A stretch of 64,000 bases of DNA from assembly GCA_964187785.1 (NCBI GenBank), contig OZ076409.1, positions 51,772,001 through 51,836,000 of the forward strand. The letters run 5' to 3'. The translations under genes were made by a program, and so were the position numbers. The notes beneath the pieces were generated by a model. That model searched no databases. It was not told the origin of the DNA and was given only the letters and a program-made list of their open reading frames with translations. Position 1 is the stretch's first letter. Each line of letters starts with the position of its first letter. Positions 1-11,656 of the stretch are shown here, piece after piece. This DNA is from Amphiscolops sp. MND2022 (lineage: Eukaryota).

Positions 1-300
1 AAAAGCCTACCGGACAACCAACTAGTACCATGTTGAGCGTTTTCAAGATTCTAATCCACGAACTCTATAGAAAATTTGACAAAAATTGCATAAAAACGTT
101 AAAAATCGGAAATTTTTTTTGCTACATTTGTGTCTTTTTCTTCCAAAAAAACGCATTTATCTCTTCATAAATGACTACTGGACAACCATTTCGTGTCTTG
201 TTGAAACGTTTCATTGGAATCCACGACATCTATCAAAAAATATACAAAAATTGCAATAAAATTTAAAAAAAAATTGGAAATTTTTGCAAACTTTCTCTTT
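1..300 (-). repeat. Degenerate ~170-180 bp tandem repeat units, related in reverse complement to the array at 36050-37000
   Basis: Motifs ctac(c/t)ggacaacca...tgttga..cgttt...aatccacga..tctat..aaaa...caaaaattgca recur at ~7 and ~176; their reverse complements (tatccagtag, ttcaaca) recur in 36100-36950. Confidence 0.5.
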
Positions 301-1334
301 TTGGGGTCATATTTGTGTTATTTTGGGGTCATTGTGGGGTCTTTGGGGTCAGCTTAAAACGTCAGAAAATCTCCACAAATACAAACCGCAGGAAGCTAAA
401 TTTATGTGAGTTGAATTCTAAGGGTAACACCTTGAAAGTTAAACTTAAATTTGGTGCTTGGCAACTTTTGTAAAAAAACCGTTTGATTTAAATATTTTCC
501 TTTCCCATATGAAATTTGGGCGGAAAATAAAAATCTTGGTGCATCATTATCAACATTTGACAAAATATGTGACGTGATCAAAATTGTAACGTCAACCAGC
601 TTGATGACAAAAATGCACTCGAAATACGCCGCGTAGAAGTGTTTTATGCAGTGTGTCTGTGCAGCTTGGCAGGTACCCAGAGTTAGTACGGAATACGCAA
701 AAAGTGAGCACACCACCAAAAACAGCCACCAATACACCATCGCGCAGAACCCCGGGCACACCGTGATGCACCCGAGCATTGCAAAAATGAAGAGATTGGC
801 TTCCAATTTAATACAGAAAATCCTGTACTATGGCTTGTTTTTTATGCAATATATGAATTATTCCGCAGATCCGGATCTCTTTCAGGCCTTGATGCGGTGT
901 GTTTGCGGGAATAATAGCAAGGGAAGCCACAAAAAACTGTATTTTTGCAGTATATTCGGGTATTTTGTAAATGTGTGATCTCACAGATCTGTCATTTTTA
1001 CTTTTTTCATCTAATTTAATGCATTTTGCCTAATTGTCATTTTCAGACCTCGGAGTTATGTAGTAAGACTCAGGAACCCTCGGAATTGTTTTTAGGTACT
1101 TGGGAGACGTGTCTAAAACGTGACTTGTTCTAATATGAGAAGCCTCCTGGACACATGAAAAGCCCTCCCGTTTTTTAGGTAAAAACTGATCTTTCGATTT
1201 CTGTAGTACCAACATCTCCTGTGTAAACAACTTGAGCATTTTGACAGTTCTAGATCGTGCTAATTTTTTTGGACCTTACAGCTAGAAAAGAATTATTGCT
1301 TAAAAATTTTTTGAAAAAAAATCAATGTTAATTA

Positions 1335-2387
1335 CCCGAGTTGACCCTCTTACTAGCATCTTGGCTGTCTTGGCAAGATCTTGCCAAATTCTTAGTACAT
1401 CTTGGCAGCCATGGATCCCATGGCAAGATTCTTATTAAGATCTTACTAAGATAATACTTATTCCAAGATCGTATCTTATCACGATGGACAAAATTTTAAG
1501 ATTATTAAAAAACACTATACCTTCGGTACAAGCAGCCGAGACTCAATCTAAAGGCTCATTTCACCCGACAACGACTGTTTCTACTCGTTTTCATAATCAA
1601 AATGCTTAAACCTTCTGAAAAAATTTTGCATGCAAAAATGCGTGAAAAATTACGATAACGTAGTCTGGCTTCAGAAATTCTGACGAGAATCCTAATAATT
1701 CCTCACCTGTTTAAGACTGAAAAAAGCCGTATGTACCAAATGAAAGGTAATTTCAAGGGCTTTTCAAAACTTGTAATTTATCATTTCTGTCGATTCCAGA
1801 GACGGAGAAATATGCTCTCAAACGTCCAGACCCACTATCGAAAAGTTACAAAGGAAAGACCTTGAAATCCTGAAATTTTTGTATAAATCATATTTCAAGC
1901 TTTCTTTGAGCCTGTTTCGCAGCCTTATTACTGCTAGAAACGGCGGTCATTGCTCTAATTTGGGTAATGATTCAGCTCAACGCTTTTCTGACGCCGTTGT
2001 TGGCGACAGTTTTGCAATTGAAAGAACAATATCGATATCCAAATGGTTGTAAAAATCATTCAGTACTTTTTTTTGTTTTGAGTGATGTCTAGATTATTTT
2101 TCCATAACTCTTAATTTAATGGTTTTCTGATTCTACTTTCTCTCGATATCGAGCAGTTCGTAGCAATTTTTTTCTTGCCATATTCGGCTTCTTAGTTAGA
2201 TTTTTCTTGCCATATTGGGCTTCTTAGTAAGATTTTTCTTGGAAACATGGCTCTCTTGATAAGATCTTACCATGGCATCTTGCAATTCTTGGCAATATCT
2301 TGTCACGATCTTAGCTAAGAATTTTCCAAGATCTTGGCAAGATCTTGCCAAGATCTTACTAAGATATCCATGGAGGGTCGACCCGGG
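1335..2387. mobile_element. Non-autonomous DNA transposon (MITE) with TIRs and TA target duplication
   Basis: ta|CCCGAGTTGACCCTC at 1335 and GAGGGTCGACCCGGG|ta ending 2387; many subterminal caagatcttg/tcttggcaag motifs at both ends. Confidence 0.75.
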
Positions 2388-4285
2388 TAGTTATTATAAA
2401 TTTTAGTTTTTACAGCGAAAGTGGGGGAATTGAGAAACAGAAATTTTCATTCTTTGTTGAAGGACTTGTGTGTCATTGAAGTTTTCAGGGAAATGTGTGA
2501 TCATTTCCAGGCATTATAAACAGATGAAAGCAGTAGAAATTTGAAATTTATCCTAACGATTGCCAGACAATTTCCTTTTTTGGTAATGATTTCTCACAAA
2601 TTGTTTTTCATATCCTGGGCACATTTGCTTTTCTCTCGTTTTATGACGTCACAAACCAATGACGTCATTTGTAACGAAAAAAAAGTGATCATTTTTGAAA
2701 AAATCTCAGGTGTAAATAACTGATTGTTTTCAAACTATTCCAATTTTCATTTCTAATTTTCTTTCTCAAACGTAATCAGTTTTAATTAAAAACGAAAGAA
2801 GAAAGGAGCATGTTTAAAAAGTTCTTGATTAATTTTAAAAATTGTTTCCATTCGCAATTTTTGTTTGTTGAAGACGATTTTTAATCGGAGTTGTTTTATG
2901 ATGCCCCCAGTGGTGAAAAACCGGGCCATTAAAAATTCTTCTAACTTTGTGTGACGTAATGACAAACCCCTGGGGCGAAAGTTAATTTTTCTCCAGCGAT
3001 TTTGAATTCAGTCCATTTTAACAAAAGAACTGTGAACTTCACTTTAGAGCCTGCTAACCGTAAGTCCTGTTAACTTATCTACTTTGAATATAAATTCACG
3101 GGGGACTAATTCCCTTTTTGAGTTTCTTTGAAAATACTTTCCTTTCATCTTTGTTGAAAAACAAACCTGAGACAATAACCGGAAAATGTGACAACAAAAT
3201 TGGGCAATTTATAAGGGTTTGACCGGACGCTAACAAACGGCGGTAATTGGCACACACTCCAATTGATTCAATTTTTGGTGTCTTTAGGAATCCAGTTTGT
3301 CAAATTCGATTGCTACATTCAGTTGGGCGCTCCTAATCTCAAAATCAGTCGATTTTTATTATCAAAACCAGGTTGGGCACTTCAACTTTTTTAAATCTCT
3401 AAAAATTAATGTCAGAAGGAAGATAATCAGTCACAGGAAAATTTTTGGGACTCTTTTTGTTTAGCTCCGACTTTTATTTACCCGTGGTTTGACATATTTC
3501 CGAATTACGAATATAAACCACTAAGCATTACCAAATTGACCATCAAAAATACGAAAAAAGCGATTACTGCAAACTTGTATTCATTACAAAAAAATATCTA
3601 AGGTTTCAAAAAAAATGATTTTGATAACATCTTGTATAAGGTGTTCTCAAAAATCTTCCTAAGAGATTGGCAATTTGTTGGAACATGGCGTGAAATGCAT
3701 AAAATTAAGTCTTTACAGGAGGGGCATCGTTGCACCAGATCAATTTGAGGACCTAAAAATATCAATTTTGCGAACCTTGCGAAACCTTCTTGCATCTGGG
3801 CAGAAATCTGACAGAAATTTACAGCACTTCGGAGAAAAAGTACATACATTATAAACTTTAGGGAAAAAATTTCACAGGAAGCTCCAAAGATTCAAAACAG
3901 TAAAACCAAAATCTTCTCCAAAATGAAATTGAATCCGATTGATTTTTGTAAATATTTGATTTCAGATTACGATAGTTCGAACTATCAAAAATACTCAAAA
4001 AAAGTGCAATTAAAAAGAACGTGTATACGTATCTCAAAGCAAAATTTTTGCCTTTATCTTTTCAAATAGGTGATTGAAACTAAAAAAATAAAGCTATCAA
4101 TATGCAACTTTTCCCTTCCAGAGAAGCGTGAACATTTTTCTTCTTTCAAAGCGCGAATTTTTATGACCTATATTGATGAATTAGCATATATATCTGCATA
4201 TAGATACATTTATCAAAATAACCTAAATTTTGAGTATTTAAAAGTATCTTAAGTATTTTAAAGTATCTTAAAAGTATTTTAAGTA

Positions 4286-4425
4286 TCTCCCAACTCAGAA
4301 TTGTTTCAACCACAAATTTGAATCTTTGAAATAAGTGTTTTGAGCAAGGAAATAATTATTTCCTTGCTCAAAACACTTATTTCATAGATTCAAATTTGTG
4401 ATTGAAACAATTCTGAGTTGAGAGA
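4286..4425. repeat. Near-perfect spacer-less palindrome (~65-70 bp arms)
   Basis: caactcagaattgtttcaaccacaaatttgaatc...ggaaataa|ttatttcc...gattcaaatttgtgattgaaacaattctgagttg, centre 4355/4356, 2 mismatches within 4291-4420. Confidence 0.95.
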
Positions 4426-6294
4426 AACTGATGGAATCCAAAAGCAAACTTGAAGTTGGTTTTCATCAATCCTCAAAAGGCCAGCAGTTTTCAAGAACTC
4501 TAAAGGTTTTTCAAAATTGTATTGAGTCTGTCGTTGACTATTAAAAAAACGAATCTTTCCAAGAAGTTACAGAACATCAAATAACAGGGCCTTTTTGACT
4601 CAAGATATTCGTTTTGCAAAAAATTTGAAAAAACCAAGGAGGTTTTCTGTTTTTTTTTTGGCTGAGTAGATAACTTGACTAAACGCTAAATTAGCTAAAA
4701 CTACTTCCCCGACAATTCTAAAGTCATTTGGTGACTTCTGATTCCTAGGTCAGCATCTTACTGATGTAAGATCTAATTTTCGTAAAACTACTCACTTACA
4801 AGCCAGAAACGACATTCAGTGTGAAAAATTGTCATCTGACAAAAATATTTGTCACTGTAATACTCGTGACAATGTAATAGTTTTCTGCTTAAATGCACCG
4901 ACCAAAAACAGAAGTACCACTAGGTTACCAAGCTTCCATTGACAAAATTTCATTCACAGAAAAACAACTAATTCAAACAATTTGGTCTCATAGGTCGGGT
5001 TGAACAAAATGTTCTTTGGAAACGACCACCTCAATGGACATGAACCTCGTTTAAAATGTACCCGCTGCTTCTGATTGAATTTCGAAGTCTCACATTGCCG
5101 AAAACCTCAAAAGAGGACTACCTGGGTTCATATACACTTGGCTTTGACTAAGAATACCAAAAATATGATTTTTTGCACAAAAACTTTTGAAGAAAACTTG
5201 TCATGTTCCAATTTGTCATTGAGACTACAATGTATACACGTGCATACTATGTTGTCCGTTGATAAAGTTCTAAAAATGAGCCTAGCTCAATCTCAAATCA
5301 AGCAAAACATTTGCAAAACGTTTAAAATTAGAAGTAATCCTAATTGACAATTGTAAGCCTCATCAATTGTAGATTTGCTTATAATGGGGTTTAGTTTGAT
5401 GTGAGGGCAATATGAGTTGATGCGAATTCGTTAACAGAATTTACCAGATCACCGTTTGTTAAAGAAAACTAAACGAAAATTTTTTTCATCAAGTAATTTC
5501 AACTTCAAATTAATGCTGAGTAGCTGTGTCTATCAGCAAAATATTTTAGAAACATTCCACCAGCAGAGTGGTGTTCTATAATACGAAATGTTCCAATAAT
5601 TTGATAGCCTTCGTAAAGTAGCTAATCAGGTTCACACGTGATGAACACATTTAGATGGGTTCAATGTCAAATGAAACATTTTCGCACTTTCTCACAAACT
5701 GCATTAAATATTAGATTCAACTAATACTTAATACCAATTCTTCAGAAAATATCTTCGATCATTAACCAATATGAATTTTCCCACGAATGTTGTCACAAGC
5801 TAAGCGAAACGTGAGACAAAAATCTACAGGAAAATAAAACCATATCATTCAAAGATCGAAGTATTAATGCAATACTTGGATATGCTATCATTACTTTATA
5901 GGACCATTATAAAATGAAATATACATCTAGATGTACATTACCCATTAATCGGTTCGTTTTTTCTCCTTTAATTTTTGTATACCCTGCTGAGTAGTGATTA
6001 TACTACATTTTCCGGTATATACGCTCACCCGAAATACACGACCATCCTTCAATTTGGGTGAGAAATAAGGTACAAAAGGGTCTTTTCGTTGTTCAGGCCA
6101 GTCCAAGAAAACATTGTTTTTTTCAGGAAAAAAGCGAAAGCGCTTTTCAGGCAAATTTACTTGTAATAATATACGAGCAATGGCTTTAAATGTTCCTGAG
6201 CTGTGATTGGCCACGACAAAAGGCTTACAATTTCATGTTCGGAATATAAGCCCACTTATTGATTGAGTACCGAGACTAGCACAAAAGCTAAGCT

Positions 6295-6728
6295 TGGTTA
6301 CAGGACGTTTGCTACTAGGACAGTTGCTAGTGGTGTTGGTTTTGCTTTTTAACGTACTCGGAGCCCTCAAAGATGGGAGTTGGGCGGCATCTGTTGGACG
6401 TTCCGAACCGAAGGCTCATTTTCTTTGAAAGATGAACTTTGCTACTTTGGCAAGAATTTGATGATCAAGTGACGTTTTGTTATTGCCTCAAACGCATTTA
6501 TACTAGAATGATAATTACCCAATTGTTAGTCTTACTTCGTACGATGTGCGAAGGTGTTACTTTACGGAAATATTTAATTAGTGTTTACTAGCACTTCACT
6601 TAGGATTCCTTCACTAATTAGTTGAAATTAGTAGCATTTGTCCCTTAAAAGCAGATGTCCTGGTAACAAACATCCTATTAGCAAATGTCCTAGTAGAAAA
6701 TTGCCCAGTAGCAAATGTCTTGACACCG
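6295..6728. mobile_element. MITE with inverted ends built from ~15-bp subrepeats
   Basis: Left ggttacaggacgtttgctactaggacagttgctag; right end reverse complement ggtgtcaagacatttgctactgggcaattttctactaggacatttgc; flanks ctaagc/ctaagt are an imperfect 6-bp TSD. Confidence 0.6.
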
Positions 6729-6806
6729 CTAAGTTTATATGGTGAAAATCCCTGTACTGTAACTGTTATGAGTAATTTGTATGCAGAAGTAACACCAATC
6801 AGATCA

Positions 6807-7705
6807 ATGGAGTGCAAAATGATGACGAAATTGTGCTCTTTGCTGCTGGCCATGACGGTCGCGGCGCAGATGTTTTTGACATCATCCGAAGCAAGCCCAT
6901 ACAACCTAGCCAACTATCGAAATGCAGGGAAAAGATCTCGAGAAGTAAGATACCCTAGTTTTCAAAAAAAAATTGTTTTTCTTACAAAGTTTGTACAAAG
7001 ATCGCAGAGTTTGTTTCAATGTCGAATATTTCTTACAAGATTTTGATAACATTTTTTGCAAAATTTGCATAGGTTTGTATGAAATTTTCTCAGAAATGCT
7101 TTAGTAATTTTTCATCGATGGAACTTCGACAAAAAATTTTGAACAAAAATTGTTCAACATATCGTTGGTTTTTCTTTGTCATTTTTGAATAACACCTGGA
7201 TCTATCCAAAATGCAAAACTAGTTTGAGAAAATAACTTCATATTGCCAAAAGTCGTGAACTTTTGAACTGTGTTTGTGGTACGGATCTTCTTGCCGGTTT
7301 CTTTACAGCCTACTTCAAACTTTGGGTTTGTAATCAAGAACTCCTTTAGTAGAATTGCAATGAAAGTAAATGTTTCCGATAAATATTCCTGTGGACATGA
7401 ATGTGCAAAACAAGTTACATGACAACTTCATCTAGTATATATAAGCATTGGGTGGGAAAGTCAAAAACTGTCTGAGAAGCAAAGTTGAGGTTCTTTTACA
7501 GGGCTACCTCGCAGCTGTTTTGTCGAAATATCCTGACATGTTTCCAATGCCTGCTCCATTCGCATCTCTGGACGACTCTGACATGTACGAGTACTTCACA
7601 GGAGACGAGTCCTCTGCTCCCAAAAAGCTGAATATAAAAAACAGGAAGCGAATGGATGACTTTGATGCCAGTGAGTCGCTTTTTTATAATATTGTTTGGC
7701 GGTAA
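6807..7705 (+). CDS. Putative neuropeptide/peptide-hormone precursor, ~113 aa, exons 6807-6944 and 7502-7705
   Basis: Hydrophobic signal peptide (MMTKLCSLLLAMTVAAQMFLTSSEA), then SPYNLANYRNA-G-KR (amidation Gly plus dibasic site). Phase-0 intron GTAAGA(6945)...ttttacAG(7501). Acidic spacer, then RKR followed by MDDFDASESLFYNIVWR-stop. Confidence 0.7.
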
Positions 7706-8696
7706 TTCTTCAAATTTCTTTAGCCTCTTTAATTCAAAAATGATGACCATCGTTTAACACCACGTTTTTATTTAATCCCATACTTCATTCATTCAATCCT
7801 TATCAAGAAATCAAAAAAGACTGATTGTGATTGATTGTTGATTGAGTAGATTTTGATTAACCTTTCTCGTTCATGATTGATGACTTTAGGTAACCTTGTT
7901 TCTTTGCCATCGATGTTCATTTCACACAGCATTGTAAAGTGTTTTCCACAGAACGTTGATTTGCTATTTAAAAAAAAACAGATGCTTAAAGAGCTTACTA
8001 TGACTAGCCTCGAAATACATTGAATTTTGCTAGATAAATTTTGTGTTCAAGCACTCTATTAGGATGCCAACTATCATGGTAAGATGATTTGATGGAACAA
8101 CTGAAACCAGGAATGCTCAAACTACTGGACTCAATGTGAGAAGTAGAAGTTTAATTTAATCTTGCTTCATTTCAATGCAGAATCTTCTTATACTTCAAAA
8201 AGTGATATAATAGTAGAAGAGTAGTTGTAAAGTTTTGTTTGACTGTATCTGTAATCATGGGTTTTCTATTCAGAGCCCAAACAACATTCCTAGATGGCAT
8301 CAATAACCATTTCTTTTAAAGCGGTTCGATGGGATTTCTGAGCATGTTGGTGTATGTGAATAGGGATTTGAGAGCGTTTGGCAACCAGAAGCATTTCAAG
8401 CTTGGTAAATTTTGAAATCTGGGAAAACCAGATTCGGAGGTGGCCAGGAACATTCTATCCGAACTGCTCTCTAGCTAAAAAAACTTTCAGATCCTCATAA
8501 TACTTCTGATAATCCAGCTTACTGAAGTTCCATCTTTGAATCTTTAGATTTGCTTTGCACGAATCATCTAAGACTGATACCATTTGAATTGTTACATCAT
8601 CAAATGTTTATTCTATCGCAAGTGTTCAAAAATACTGCGGTTAAAGGTAAGCGATTTTTTTAACCTAAATTTTTATTTCATTTACCTCGGTTACAA

Positions 8697-9241
8697 CGGG
8701 AAATGGTCATTTCGCCTAATGCCATTTCGCCTAAAGTCATTTCGCCTAACGTGTTTGGTCACTTCGCCTAATTTTTTTAGGCGAAACGTCTTTTACTTTG
8801 GTCACTTCGCCTAATTTTTTTTCAGAAACGTGAAAAACACATGAAATTGGAAAACAAATAAATCGTTTAAGATCTAAAACTAAAAAGTGATATAAAATAG
8901 AAAACGTGCCTCGGATATGTCCCATTCCTTCTAGTGCCCCGCGGCCCCTTGGGGCCGCTTATGTTCCATCTTGCTAAGCGAGGTCGAACAGGAGCAAAGA
9001 CCTAGCGGGAACGGAGATCGCGAAGCGATCGTAGTGGGAGCTGGTCTTTGCGACGGTGAGGGCGAGTGTGCATACACCGCATATGCCCCACATTTTGATA
9101 TTTTTGCTTTCAGAAAGCCTTTTTCGAAACATGATTATTTAGACGTTATTCCCGTTTGGTCATTTCGCCTAATTTTTTTAGGCGAAATGACTCAACTAAA
9201 TTTTTAGGCGAAATGGCATTAGGCGAAATGACCTGCATCCG
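8697..9241. mobile_element. MITE with CGG...CCG termini, tandem ~15-bp (gtcatttcgcctaa) subterminal repeats and 6-bp TSD TTACAA
   Basis: ttacaa|cgggaaatggtcatttcgcctaatgcc ... ggcattaggcgaaatgacctgcatccg|ttacaa; internal GC hairpin gcggccccttggggccgc at 8941-8958. Confidence 0.85.
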
Positions 9242-9726
9242 TTACAACGTAATTAAATGGTAAAACATGTCAAGGTGATAATTTTGCAACCTTATTGGTT
9301 TTATATTTCAAAAATGCTTTTCATTCAAAAACGTATGCCGACAACTCATATCAAGTGACAGCTCATTCCACGCGACAACTCAAAACACACGACAACTTAG
9401 ATCAGTTAAAATCTCCTAGATCAGAATCTCTTAGGTTAACATCTCCTTAAACTACTTGCAAAGAGTAAAATTTATTTTTATTAAGTAACCAAAGCCGAGA
9501 TAGCACGAGAATAACTTCAGATAAATAAATAAAAATTGCCAGTTAGTTAAATAATTACCGGTGCTTAATCGCAAATATAGAAAGAGTATTACAACGAATC
9601 AATAATTCCTTTTAGGTTGGCCCACAAATTTTGACACTCAGATAACAATTGTTTGCAAATAGGTTTTGAAATCGGCCGCTCCATCAAAACTCACAATGCC
9701 CTTATCCTTACGTCACGAATATACTG

Positions 9727-10615
9727 AACTAGACAGGAACGTCTAAATTCACCGCAATACTTAAGGCGCAAAAAGCGAAAATTTTAAAAACAAGCTCGGG
9801 GCTTTTTTATGAAAAACTCACTCTAAACTTTCGTGCTCGAAAAACGTTTCAAAAGTTCGGATATAGCGTGCTGGGCCATAGGGAGCGTTTTTTCTAAACC
9901 TCGGCCTCCTTCTGAGTAAAACGCATTTTACCCCGGGTTTAACGTCAGAGTTGGATATAGCGCACTAATTTCGATCCTCCGCTTCCTCCTTAGTTACATG
10001 CAGTATACTTCAGAGACAAATGGGAGTGCTTGTTTCTGAACATCCGCCCTCTCATTAGTGAAATGCAATATAGTTTGGATAAAATGTCGAAAATTCGGAT
10101 GGTATTCAAAAAATTATTGGTGAATATATATTGAGAAAATCTAACATCAGACGAAAAAAGAGAGTTTTGAACAGTCTCATTGTGTCGAAAAACGTAAAAA
10201 GGACCATTTTCGATTTTTAATATCCATTCTGTTGCAAACTATCAAAAAATGAAGGGGATCCTCTGAAAACATTTAAAAAAATTGAGAACAAAAAATGATC
10301 ATTTGGAACTTAGTGCCAAAAATGTCAGAGGGGGCCCTTTGAGATTTTTTGACATACATTCTGTTGCAAAACATCACAAAAACCAAAAAGGGGACCTTTT
10401 AGTTTTGCTCGGGTTTGTATGTTACGTTAAAAAAGGGGGGCCCTCTGTACTAACTTCGATGCGTTCCCGCTGGCTTGACTTTGCTGATGAAGTTGTTTAG
10501 TAGTTTTAGTAGAATCTGCAAAAAGTGTCCACTAAGCATACATTCTGTTATTGACGAAAAAAACTAGCCATTGTAATAGTCGTGCTCATTTTCCACTAAA
10601 AAGTGCCGACTAAAA
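9727..10615 (-). mobile_element. Degenerate Helentron-associated (HINE/DINE-like) element
   Basis: Diverged head agacaggaacgtctaaattcaccgc...aaggcgcaaaaa and tail atagtcgtgctc...aagtgccgactaaaa; shares the internal gggggaccc/catccattctgttgc repeats of the family. Confidence 0.6.
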
Positions 10616-10717
10616 ACAAAAGGCCAATCCTACAGTACAATGAATTTGCCAATGTAACAAGCAGTTCAAGTCTCGTTCAACTGTCTATGCATGGGCTGAT
10701 TTAATTACGAAGCTGCC

Positions 10718-11656
10718 TGTCAGAACGAGTCACGTTCGTGTTAGTAACGGTGTTAAGTCCGCTACATTCAGTTGTCGATGATGAAAATTTCTCAGTAAGA
10801 GCCAACACAATACTCGTCAAATCGCTGATTTGTCTGTTCATTTCCATGAAACGCTGGTCGACTGAACTTAAGTTAGGATTATGTCTAACGTTGATCAAAT
10901 CTCCATTCTCAAATTCGTTCATTTGATTTCGTGATAACGTGTTAGGGAAACTATATTCGCTCTCGTTGTCATTGTTTTGTTCCATTCCGCTGGAACATGC
11001 TGCGTAACTATCTACGTTTTGAGATCTAGTATTAACCATTTTGGAATCTTCGAAAGGAATTGCCTGTTTTAAAGGTTTATTGATCAAGCTGAAAATGTGA
11101 ATATCAAGTTTTGCGTAAGTCAATGAGGTAAGCAACACTACGTTAGCTGATGGCAAATTGTACTGAACGTATTTCAACAATTGTCGCAATTTTCACTAAA
11201 GCTGGTCACGTGACTGCATTGACCAATAGTATTGCGCTATTGATTAGGTGTTCCTAAATTGGTGCGTCCTGCTGGTAGCAACGTAAATGGCGTTTGGTAC
11301 AAAAGATAGCGCCGATATGTTACCATGGTTACATGAATCATCTATCACTTTAGTATTGCGTTGGTTGGTACAAATTGAATTTATGATGATGGTGTCATAC
11401 CATCGTTACATATAATACTACAGATTACTGATGAAGTTGAATATGATGGAAGCACTTGCACGTAGTGTGTAATGAGTAAATGATGCCAACTTTTACAAAT
11501 CGATTTCATTTTGGAAAGTAGTAATGATGATAGGATAGGCCCGTCATTGTTCATTGGTAATTCATGGTTATTGAAATATCAAGAGTATTGCATTTAACTG
11601 AGTTTTTAATGTTTAGAATGCTTTTTATCAGTTTCATTCATGCTTCCGGCATGACA
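10718..11656 (-). mobile_element. Solo LTR (939 bp) carrying the 5' part of a gag-like ORF
   Basis: Ends TGTCA...TGACA flanked by perfect 5-bp TSD CTGCC (10713-10717 and 11657-11661). A minus-strand ORF from ATG 11039 (MVNTRSQ...DQRFMEMNRQISDLTSIVLALTEK) runs across the boundary at 10718. Confidence 0.7.

Noticed and set aside
402..978. Overlapping ORFs 402-806 (-, hydrophobic) and 646-978 (+)
   Set aside because: No recognisable domain and no consistent splice partners; may be a decayed membrane-protein or TE fragment but cannot be supported.
5945..6214. 89-aa minus-strand ORF
   Set aside because: Non-ATG start, no motif, and no linked exons found.
7900..8600. Coding-like composition stretches (also 21500-22140, 28400-28900, 39500-40200)
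   Set aside because: Probably very old TE coding remnants, but no diagnostic motif could be read.
8697..8815. Regularly spaced gtcatttcgcctaa repeats resembling a CRISPR array
   Set aside because: The repeats are ~15 bp, nearly contiguous, inverted at the other end and bounded by a TSD; this is a MITE in a eukaryotic context with no cas genes.
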